A stretch of 32,000 nt of DNA from Synechococcus sp. A15-28 (GTDB lineage Bacteria > Cyanobacteriota > Cyanobacteriia > PCC-6307 > Cyanobiaceae), in assembly GCF_014280175.1 (NCBI RefSeq), contig NZ_CP047931.1, positions 90,001 to 122,000 of the forward strand, written 5' to 3'. The notes below the pieces were generated by a model that was not told the DNA's origin, did not search any database, and saw nothing but the letters and a program-made list of their open reading frames with translations. The position numbers and the translations under genes were made by a program. This document shows, piece by piece, positions 1 through 7,682 of the stretch (its first letter is position 1; every line of letters starts with the position of its first letter).

Positions 1-89
1 CTAACAGCTCCTGTATTTACCAGGAACAGCTCCGCGTCATCGGTCCCCGTAGCCACCTGGCCCGCGGAGTTGATCAGATAGTTAGCCAT
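1..89 (-). CDS. 5' end (29 codons) of a gene running off the left edge; N-terminus MANYLINSAGQVATGTDDAELFLVNTGAV; possibly a secreted or surface Ca-binding/adhesin-like protein
   Basis: Own translation of the reverse complement of 1-89. The ATG is at 87-89 and the frame stays open to the window edge. It is absent from the ORF track because it is truncated. A near-consensus promoter lies just upstream (131-159). The G-T-D-D-A-E-L-F segment resembles repeats in RTX/adhesin-type surface proteins, but 29 aa is too short to assign a family. Confidence 0.45.
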   Translation of the reverse strand, partial: MANYLINSAGQVATGTDDAELFLVNTGAV

Positions 90-130
90 GAGAAGAGGAG
101 AGGGTGATCAATTTTTGAGACACCGCAGTG

Positions 131-159
131 AATCTATGCGGGTGGCCTACACATGTCAA
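131..159 (-). promoter_or_regulatory. Candidate sigma70-type promoter TTGACA-N17-TAGATT for the gene starting at 89
   Basis: On the minus strand the -35 element is TTGACA (complement of 154-159) and the spacer is exactly 17 nt (137-153). The -10 element is TAGATT (complement of 131-136). It lies about 42 nt upstream of the ATG at 87-89. The -10 hexamer includes the TAG stop (134-136) of the upstream glycosyltransferase ORF. Confidence 0.45.
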
Positions 160-1423
160 CGGATATATGGCCAGATGCAGATGAGACACACCCTGGTTTG
201 CTGGAAGGAGGGCAAAAAGGCTCGGATATAGTACAATTATACTTGTTATAAATGTTATTTACAAGTTTTTTCCATCTTTTCAGGCATGATTTAATTGAAT
301 AGGTATCATTAGAGGGGCGTATTCGCTCACTATCTTTGTAACTTTCTTCTTTTATTAATTTGACGACAGAACTAGCTAATTCACCTGGTTTTCGGTGGTC
401 GATTCTAACCACATTTTCAAAACTTCTTGTAAATTCTGTCACTGGCTTAACATCACTTACGATCATCGGATTATTAATATATAAACTTTCAACTAAACTC
501 CAGCTCGCTACAAATGGATGCGTTAGGTAAATATGACACCATGAAGATCGCAACCAATTTCTATATGCATCTCCTTGCAAAAAACCAACCCAATTTACAT
601 TGTTGCTAATATTATGTTTTTCTAGATACATTTCAGCCCAGTTTTTCCAGGTACCTTCTACCGGTTTCATACCTCCGTAGCTGCATCTATCATTACCTGC
701 AATTTCAATAGTGACTGAAGGCACCTTTTTTACAATCTCGGGGATTTCCCTTATAAATTGCGGAAAACATCTCATCGGTTCCATGCCTCTTGTACCGTAA
801 GTGATCTTTGGCGTTTCTGATATAAATTTTTGGTCGTTTTGAAAATAATCTGTGTCAACCCCGTCAAAAATGACTTGGCATTTTTCTGCAAAAATCTTCG
901 GAAGTTGCTCCATCTGCCACAAGGTAGGAGCCACTATATTGTCTGCATGAGAAAGTTCTAGAGCTATATTTTTGTTTCTCAGCCAATATTTACGGACAGC
1001 ATCTTCGCCTATCCTTAATTCCTTATTGGTGTTATCATACCAAAAAAAATCTGACTCCTGATTAAACCACCATTCTAAATAACTTATTTGTTTGCATTTC
1101 GGCCATATTTCTTTGATGTGTAATCCGCAACCCCAAGCAGAATGAGAAATTACGATATCAGGGTAATAATTTTTTTCTTTTAATTTTACAAATGCGGTGC
1201 GATACATTTCACCCATCTTGTCTGCACGTTCAGTAAGTCCAAGACTTTGATTTTCCAAGGTCTCGTGGCTCAGGCTGCCTTTCAAACATATGCGATCGAC
1301 TCCCTTGAGTCTTCTTCCAAAGTGCGTCTGGCATAGAAATTTAATTTCATTCTTTTCTGCGAAGTATTTTGCGACATGTTTGAACTGACCTGGAAAATTT
1401 GGGTGAAGGAAAAGAATTTTCAT
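134..1423 (-). CDS. Glycosyltransferase, GT4 / group-1 family (N-terminal MKILFLHPNFPGQFKH type)
   Basis: ORF 134-1432. An ATG at 1421-1423 (MKILFLH...) is preferred over the GTG at 1430-1432. The N-terminal KILFLHPNFPGQFKH motif is typical of the GT4 N-terminal domain. The C-terminal segment FVASWSLVESLYINNPMIVSD resembles the GT1/GT4 E-x7-E region. The gene is AT-rich. Confidence 0.8.
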   Translation of the reverse strand: MKILFLHPNFPGQFKHVAKYFAEKNEIKFLCQTHFGRRLKGVDRICLKGSLSHETLENQSLGLTERADKMGEMYRTAFVKLKEKNYYPDIVISHSAWGCGLHIKEIWPKCKQISYLEWWFNQESDFFWYDNTNKELRIGEDAVRKYWLRNKNIALELSHADNIVAPTLWQMEQLPKIFAEKCQVIFDGVDTDYFQNDQKFISETPKITYGTRGMEPMRCFPQFIREIPEIVKKVPSVTIEIAGNDRCSYGGMKPVEGTWKNWAEMYLEKHNISNNVNWVGFLQGDAYRNWLRSSWCHIYLTHPFVASWSLVESLYINNPMIVSDVKPVTEFTRSFENVVRIDHRKPGELASSVVKLIKEESYKDSERIRPSNDTYSIKSCLKRWKKLVNNIYNKYNCTISEPFCPPSSKPGCVSSASGHISVDMCRPPA

Positions 1424-1468
1424 TGACAACACTTTGTACTACAATGGTGTGATTGTTGATTGGTTCTA

Positions 1469-3220
1469 ATGGGACTCAAGTTAGCCCTCAAAGCACACAG
1501 CGAGGGAAATCTTAAGCTTGCAGAGATTCATTACAAGCGTGCTCTCGAACAAGGTGACAAATCGCATATTTTATATCAAAATTTTGGCGCTTTGTTGAGG
1601 AGTCAAGACAAATTAAAGGATGCTCTTCAATGCTATCGCACTGGCCTTCATCATTTTCCTGATAATGTTGACATATTGCTAAATTACGCAAATGCCTTAC
1701 GTGCAGACTTTCCTGCTTCCGCTCTTGAAAACTACTTAAGAATCCTTGGAATAATACTTTCAACTCCTAATTTTAATGAGAAAAAGTATTTAAATGCTCT
1801 TTGTAATATTTGTCAACTTACTCATGATTTAGGTCTTTACAAACTAAATGTTCTGTATCTACGGGCGGCCCTTCCTCCCGTTAAATATAATGCGGGAATA
1901 CTACTAAACATATTACTCCTTCTTGATAAGAATAACAGTTCACAGGATACAAGCTTTTGCTTTGAACAAATATATCAAAGGATACAATCTTCTCTGCTTT
2001 CACTAACTATAACAGAAAGAGCAGAATTTCACTATTCATTGTGCCAGCATTTTCTCAACAAAAAAGCCGAAAAAGATGCATTTATTGAATTAGACAAAGC
2101 AAACACTTTATTGAACGAAGGGCTACGTGACAGCTCTCTCGATCATAAAAAACTCCAGGATATTTCTATTTGTTATCACTGGAATGCCTCCAATACACTG
2201 CTTAAAATGCAGAATTTTCAACTCGGTTGGCAGTTCTACGAATATGGTCTACGCACGCCTTGTAGTGGTCCCCAGAGATGGCAAAGGTCTTTGGCTAAGC
2301 CATTTGATTTTAACGAAGTTGTTCTTTGGCGGGGAGAATCTTTGAATTCCAGAAGAATTCTGTTACTTGAGGAACAAGGAATAGGTGATGCAATGATGTT
2401 TATTACTCTTGTGCCAGCGTTGCTCGATGAGGCTCAATGTGTTGGCCTGTTCTTGTCTGATAGATTATTGCCTATATACAGGCGTTCATTTTCCGAAGAG
2501 ATTCACAATGGAAGTCTTGTTGTATATTCACGTCAAGATTTCTACGACAATAGGCTACAGTCTAATGCTTTCGATTTTCAAGCACCATTAGGCTCAATTT
2601 GTCAATATCGCTATGATCATCCTTCCAAATTCGCACCAAAGACACCTATAATATCTACAGATACTATTACTACCGAACGATTAAGAGACAAGTATATCAC
2701 TCAAAGATCAATTAAGCCAAAAAAACTTGTCGGGTTGAGTTGGCGTGGAGGTGGTCGTGCTTCGAGAATCAAGCAAAAATCTATTAGCCCTTCGTTCTTT
2801 GCGAAGTTAATGAGGAAATATCCTGAATACCAATTTATTAGTTTGCAGTATGGTGATGCCAAATCTGTAGTTTCTACATGGAATAATGATGGCCTGGATG
2901 TTATTTATGACGAAAATATTAATGCCCTTAAGGATATGGATGGATGATTAGTTCAAGTTGCTTGTTGTGACGCTATAGTTAGTGTTGCCAATACGACTAT
3001 TCATGGCGCTGGTGGCCTTAATATACCTACAATGTGTCTTTTGAGTCTTCACTCTGACTGGAGATGGCTCGATGACCCTCTTATTAGTCGAAGCTATTGG
3101 TACTCTTCTGTCGGCATTGCTCGACAATCTGAAAATATGAACTGGGACGATGCTTTTATTACTGTTGATCATTGGTTCTGTGATAATATGGGTTATCCCA
3201 CTGGAATCATTCACCACTAA
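1469..3220 (+). pseudogene. TPR-repeat / GT9 (heptosyltransferase-like) glycosyltransferase interrupted by an in-frame TGA at 2945-2947
   Basis: ORFs 1460-2947 and 3032-3220 share one frame, with no other stop between 2948 and 3220. The N-terminus carries TPR repeats (AEIHYKRALEQGD..., ALQCYRTGLHHFPDN...). GT9 hallmarks lie on both sides of the stop. Upstream are RILLLEEQGIGDAMMF, LVGLSWRGG and FISLQYGD. Downstream are AIVSVANTTIHGAGGLNIPT and HSDWRWL. The likely start is the ATG at 1469, although the ORF opens at a TTG at 1460. Confidence 0.75.
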
Positions 3221-3234
3221 TTTCACATTATATC

Positions 3235-4323
3235 ATGAATTATGATCAACTCTTATTATTATTTCAGCAAGGTCAGTATTCAAAAATAACATCATTTATT
3301 GATGAAAGTAGTCTTTCATTTGAGTCTGACCCTAATGTTGCGCATCTTTATGCTGCTTCTCTCTTCAAGCTAGGCTCATTCGGGAAAGCCCTCGAAATCC
3401 TTGAAACTCTCGAGTCCGCTTTGGATAATAATGTTGATTACCTTTCTCTTTTTGGTGCTACTTTGCGGCGTGTAGGTAATCTTGAAAAGGCTGAGGTTCT
3501 TTTAAACAAAGCTATGAAATTAGACTCGAAAAATCCTTTTATTAGAAATAACTATGCCAATTTACTGATAGATCTCGGTCGATTCTCGGATGCACGAAAT
3601 ATTCTTGACTCACTTTTGCTTCAAAATCCAAAATATGAAGATGCTCGTATCAATCTTAATCGTCTTACATTCATAGCGACTCAATCAACTGGCAACAAAA
3701 AATCTGAAGATGTTGATTTTAATACGCAGGTTACTTCTGGAACTAAGTCCATTTCTCAACCTAAAGTTCTAGATCCTTTGCATTTAGCATTTGACGAGGA
3801 AGAAGTCTATAAATATGGTCGACTAGACCGGTCTAAAATTGTTCAATCGTCTCAACAAATTGTTGAATCTTTGGATTTACCTGATTCTTCACAAACTGCT
3901 TCGGAGTACATGAAACTTGCTCTTTTAGCAGTTCAAGAAAAAAATTTTAGTTATGCATTACAACTCTGCTCAAAAAGCTATATATTAATTGGTCCTAATT
4001 CACAAATCTTTGACTGTGTTAGTGATTGTTTTATAGGCTTATCGCGTTTTTCTGATGCAGAATCCTTTGCTTTACATGCTATCACTGTTAGTGAGCCTAC
4101 TGCAAAGCTTTATATGAATCTAGCAACCTTGGCAAGTATGAAGGGTGATTTAGTTCTTGCTGAGTTCTATTTAGAACGTGCAGCAGGTTTGGACCCTAGT
4201 CATACCCAACTCAAAAAACTTAGCGGCAACTTGAAGAGCCTTAAATCAAAGTCTTCAGCGAAAAAGTTTTCTTTTGAGCTTTGTGAATTTCCTTCTACAG
4301 TTAGCTCTAAAGATGCTGCATAG
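3235..4323 (+). CDS. TPR-repeat protein (two TPR blocks joined by a Ser/Thr/Gln-rich linker)
   Basis: 362-aa ORF. TPR-like helices include AHLYAASLFKLGSFGKALEILE, GNLEKAEVLLNKAMKLDSKNP, NNYANLLIDLGRFSDARNILDSLLLQNPKYEDA and, near the C-terminus, LYMNLATLASMKGDLVLAEFYLERAAGLDP. No catalytic motif is visible. Confidence 0.8.
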   Translation: MNYDQLLLLFQQGQYSKITSFIDESSLSFESDPNVAHLYAASLFKLGSFGKALEILETLESALDNNVDYLSLFGATLRRVGNLEKAEVLLNKAMKLDSKNPFIRNNYANLLIDLGRFSDARNILDSLLLQNPKYEDARINLNRLTFIATQSTGNKKSEDVDFNTQVTSGTKSISQPKVLDPLHLAFDEEEVYKYGRLDRSKIVQSSQQIVESLDLPDSSQTASEYMKLALLAVQEKNFSYALQLCSKSYILIGPNSQIFDCVSDCFIGLSRFSDAESFALHAITVSEPTAKLYMNLATLASMKGDLVLAEFYLERAAGLDPSHTQLKKLSGNLKSLKSKSSAKKFSFELCEFPSTVSSKDAA

Positions 4324-5089
4324 TCGATCTATTATTTATGTTGCAACAGGTGAGTCTTATGTTAAGGAAGCTATTAAGAATGCGAAATTAACTCGTGAAT
4401 ATTCAATAGATATTCCTATCTATATTGTCACCGATCTCCCTGGCAATCAAGAACTCTATGAAGTTTTTGATTATGTTCTTCCTCATCAATACCCTACCTA
4501 TTCGTACAGAGATAAGATCCTACCTCTCGTAAATCTTCCAACCGATGAGTGTCTATTCTTAGATTCTGATGCTTTCTTAATATATTCAGCACATTTTATT
4601 TTCGAGGTCTGTCAGCATTATGAAGTTGCTGCTACTCATGCTCCTGTCAGGCATCCACCAGGATGGGATGATTGCGTTACTCCGTTGTTGTTCCCTGAAT
4701 ACAATTCTGGTGTTTTGTTTCTAAGGAGATCTACTATTATTTCATCATTCATTAAATATTGGCTTGATCTTTACGACAAAGTAAGACTATCTCATAATCA
4801 GTCTTGGGACCAAGCTACGCTTCGCTCTTCTCTTTGGCAATTTATATCTAATCATAATTTAAAGCTTTTAACTTTGCCTCCAGAAGTAAATCTTCGCACT
4901 ACAAAGCCTTGGACTGCTGGTCGAGGCTTACCTGTTTTTGTTATTCACGGTAGATTAGATGTATCAGAGCTCGACTCCTTTATTCACTATCTAAATTCTG
5001 ATATAGATTGTTTTCGTACTTGGTCCCATTGGATTAATATTCACCCTTCCAGCAGTATTCAACCACGCCATGATAGGACATTTCATTAA
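4313..5089 (+). CDS. GT8-like nucleotide-diphospho-sugar glycosyltransferase
   Basis: ORF 4274-5089. The ATG at 4313 overlaps the upstream TAG (ATGCTGCATAG). The layout IIYVATGESY ... YRDKILPLVNLP ... CLFLDSDAFL (DxD) ... EYNSGVLFLRRS matches the GT-A / GT8 pattern. Confidence 0.6.
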   Translation: MLHSRSIIYVATGESYVKEAIKNAKLTREYSIDIPIYIVTDLPGNQELYEVFDYVLPHQYPTYSYRDKILPLVNLPTDECLFLDSDAFLIYSAHFIFEVCQHYEVAATHAPVRHPPGWDDCVTPLLFPEYNSGVLFLRRSTIISSFIKYWLDLYDKVRLSHNQSWDQATLRSSLWQFISNHNLKLLTLPPEVNLRTTKPWTAGRGLPVFVIHGRLDVSELDSFIHYLNSDIDCFRTWSHWINIHPSSSIQPRHDRTFH

Positions 5090-6495
5090 TTTAAACTTTC
5101 AGCAATTCCATCAATAAACCAATTTCTTCTTCTTCTTTTGGTTACCTCTTTGTCGCTCCATTCTTTTATTTCGAGCCACTCCTCTTTTCTGAATAACTCT
5201 TCTTGTTTCTTTTCGTAACAGTTTTCTTTTTCGCTACCGTCTCTTTCAAGCTCAACTGCCCATAGAATCTTGCCACTCCTTTTTCGCGCTAGTTTCTTGT
5301 TCCCTCGAATAAACAGTATCTCGTCTCTAAATTCCACTACTGCTCGATCGCTTCTTTCTGCCTTCTTTCTAAGCCTTTTGCTACTTCCATTCTTGATTAG
5401 GTTTCGCACCATTAACTTCATTATTTTTGTTAGGCCAAGCGTTTTTTGCATAGGTTCTGATTTACAAGGTCTTATTCCTCTGTAAACCCAAGGTACTCTA
5501 ATAGCACCCTCTTGAAATGAGCCTTTGTAAAGCATACCGCCATCTCCAAGTATTTCCCCATGGTCTGACGTAATAGCTATATTCCAACTATTTTTGTCAC
5601 TTCTTTGATTTATTTCTCTCATTAAATTCCCAACTTGATCATCTAATAGTTTGATATGGTCTCCATAATCGCATTTAAGTTTAAGGATATCGTTATCTTG
5701 TATCTTGCCTTTCCAATTATTGTACTTTTGTTTTAGCAAGCACTGATCATCAAGGCGGTCTATCCAGTCATAATTATTTTTTGATTCTTTGATGTCTCCA
5801 AATTTGTGTATCCCTTTCCAAGGTTTCGGTGTGTCAAAAGGCTCATGAGGTCCAACAAAACTAACCCACAAAAACCATGGTTCCGTATCTTTTTTGTTCC
5901 TAATCATGTCTTCAGCCTTTTTTGCGATCCATATGTCTGGATACAATTCATTTGGCAGTAATGTTGTTTTCACCTTCCATGCATTTTCTTCGATGTGACT
6001 TCTGTACCTTAGATCTAAATCCTGCTTTTGTTTTTCGTAGACATTCTTTGCACGCCATTCATCAGTTAGAGTGCATTCTACGTTCCTTAATGCTCTCGGA
6101 CCTGCTACCTCAATGACTTCGGAGAAACCTAGTTCATTTAGTTTATTTAACTTGTTCCTCATATCCATTGAGCTTAGGTGGCTATAGAAGTGTGCTTTCC
6201 CAATGAGAGTTGTTTTCCATCCGCTATTTCTAAGATCACGAACAAATGAAGGTGATTGATTACTCAACTCATATCTACCGTTGCTTGTTACGCCAATTCG
6301 ACTCGGTTCAAGACCTGTCAACCAACTAAATCTTGCTGGCATGCATTGTGGACTACTTGTATAACAGTAGGTTGCGTGCCAACCTTCCTCTGCAATCTTT
6401 GCAACATGGGGCATATTTGTACTCTTTGAATTGAGATCACACCAATCCGCCCTGAGCTGATCAAATGTTATCAATAGGAGATTTGTCTGTTTCAT
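5086..6495 (-). CDS. Cys-type sulfatase (alkaline-phosphatase superfamily), no signal peptide
   Basis: 469-aa ORF. The N-terminus LLLITFDQLRAD carries the metal-binding Asp. SSPQCMPARFSWLTG contains the C-x-P-x-R formylglycine motif, with Cys51 encoded at 6343-6345. LIGKAHF and ITSDHGE are typical sulfatase segments. The catalytic fold starts at residue ~6, leaving no room for a leader peptide. Confidence 0.85.
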   Translation of the reverse strand: MKQTNLLLITFDQLRADWCDLNSKSTNMPHVAKIAEEGWHATYCYTSSPQCMPARFSWLTGLEPSRIGVTSNGRYELSNQSPSFVRDLRNSGWKTTLIGKAHFYSHLSSMDMRNKLNKLNELGFSEVIEVAGPRALRNVECTLTDEWRAKNVYEKQKQDLDLRYRSHIEENAWKVKTTLLPNELYPDIWIAKKAEDMIRNKKDTEPWFLWVSFVGPHEPFDTPKPWKGIHKFGDIKESKNNYDWIDRLDDQCLLKQKYNNWKGKIQDNDILKLKCDYGDHIKLLDDQVGNLMREINQRSDKNSWNIAITSDHGEILGDGGMLYKGSFQEGAIRVPWVYRGIRPCKSEPMQKTLGLTKIMKLMVRNLIKNGSSKRLRKKAERSDRAVVEFRDEILFIRGNKKLARKRSGKILWAVELERDGSEKENCYEKKQEELFRKEEWLEIKEWSDKEVTKRRRRNWFIDGIAESLN

Positions 6496-6508
6496 TAATC
6501 TTTTTCGT

Positions 6509-6526
6509 ATGATATGATTCTATCAT
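6509..6526. promoter_or_regulatory. Inverted repeat ATGATA-N6-TATCAT in the 44-nt divergent gap between the sulfatase and GT4 genes
   Basis: 6509-6514 ATGATA and 6521-6526 TATCAT are perfect reverse complements. They occupy most of the only non-coding DNA between two divergent starts (6495 and 6540). Confidence 0.25.
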
Positions 6527-6539
6527 CAGTTTGTCTTCT

Positions 6540-7586
6540 ATGCGTTTTTGGCTTGCTTTGCATCCTGATGTCGCCAAGCCTATTGGAGGCGTAAAGCAGA
6601 TGCATCGTTTGTCAGAACATCTTTCTTCTCTTGGCTATACCTCTACAATTATCCAAGAAGATTCTTCTTTCCATCCTGGTTGGTTTGAAAGTGAGGTAAA
6701 TACCATAAGTCTCAAGCAATGGAACTCTCTGACAGATCTCTCTAAATTTCGCGATGTTATTATATTGCCTGAAACATATGTTCGGTTTTTTAGATCATAT
6801 TCTCGTGGTTTGCCACTTGTTATTTTCAATCAAAATGGTTCATACACCTTCGGTGAGTCTGATCCTGTCAAAAATCGAATTTCCCCAAAATTTGTATTTG
6901 ATTCGTATAATTTCCGTAATGTCATTCAGATTCTATGCGTTTCTGAACATGACAAGAACCTCCTGTCTGTTTTTTGTGATATGCCCGATGAGCGTATAAG
7001 TCTTATCGTTAATGGACTAGATAATTTTTCTTGCTCTAACTCAATCAAGAAGCATAATATAATTTCATTCATGCCTCGCAAGAATAGTTTTGATGCTGGT
7101 ATTGTAATGCGACTATTGTCAATTCAACCCTTTTCTAGTAACTTTAAATTTTACCCAATTGCGAATGCCTCTCATCAAGAAGTTATGAATGTTCTTCAGA
7201 AATCCCTGATTTTTCTCTCTTTTGGCCATCCAGAAGGTTTTGGACTGCCGGTTGCAGAAGCTCTTGCCTCAGGATGTTCTGTTGTTGGGTATACAGGCCT
7301 TGGTGGTCGGGAGCTTTTCGATAAAGTTTTGCGTTATAACGTGGCATTCCCTGTCGAGAATGGTGATTGGCCTGCATTTGTTAATGGTGTTTCTAGTGTT
7401 GTCAGCCGTTACAAGCATGACCACTCTAATTTTGTGGGCGATCTTGCTAAATCTTCCACCCTTATCAGGCAAAGCTACTCAGATCTTGCAATGCAAGATT
7501 CTATCAAATCTGCTGTGTTTTCTATAGAAAAGAACCTATCTCGCTTCTTGTCTTCCGATTCCGATGCAAGTTCCTTTGCTTTTTAA
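6540..7586 (+). CDS. Glycosyltransferase, GT4 / group-1 family
   Basis: ORF 6531-7586 opens with a TTG, and the first ATG is at 6540 (MRFWLALHPD). The C-terminal domain motif SFGHPEGFGLPVAEALASGCSVVGY is the E-x7-E signature region of retaining GT-B enzymes. Confidence 0.75.
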   Translation: MRFWLALHPDVAKPIGGVKQMHRLSEHLSSLGYTSTIIQEDSSFHPGWFESEVNTISLKQWNSLTDLSKFRDVIILPETYVRFFRSYSRGLPLVIFNQNGSYTFGESDPVKNRISPKFVFDSYNFRNVIQILCVSEHDKNLLSVFCDMPDERISLIVNGLDNFSCSNSIKKHNIISFMPRKNSFDAGIVMRLLSIQPFSSNFKFYPIANASHQEVMNVLQKSLIFLSFGHPEGFGLPVAEALASGCSVVGYTGLGGRELFDKVLRYNVAFPVENGDWPAFVNGVSSVVSRYKHDHSNFVGDLAKSSTLIRQSYSDLAMQDSIKSAVFSIEKNLSRFLSSDSDASSFAF

Positions 7587-7682
7587 AAGATTTCTCCTGT
7601 AAACCTCCGTTAATCTCGGCTTCCTTACGCAGGTACGGCCTCCGGATTGTAAAATATAGAGCAATTAACTGTTTAGGTTGCC

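Larger units (their letters stand above)
225..7600. other. AT-rich genomic islet I (glycosyltransferases, TPR proteins, sulfatase)
   Basis: Composition changes abruptly at both ends. Hand counts give 14/60 G+C for 3241-3300 and 27/60 for 5521-5580, against 41/60 for the core line 9361-9420. Codon usage is rich in TTA, AAA, ATT and TTT. I found no integrase, transposase, tRNA or flanking direct repeat. Confidence 0.7.

Noticed and set aside
2945-2990. The in-frame TGA of the TPR-GT9 gene as a selenocysteine or programmed recoding site
   Set aside because: GT9 enzymes are not known selenoproteins, and the aligned position is not a catalytic Cys. The AT-rich sequence just downstream shows only a trivial 4-bp pairing (CAAG-TTG-CTTG), not a SECIS-like hairpin. 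A nonsense mutation or sequencing error is far more likely.
7625-7660. Possible secA promoter (TTACGC ... TAAAAT / TATAGA)
   Set aside because: The spacer between TTACGC and TAAAAT is 19 nt, and no acceptable -35 lies 17 nt upstream of either -10-like hexamer. The match is too weak to report as a feature.
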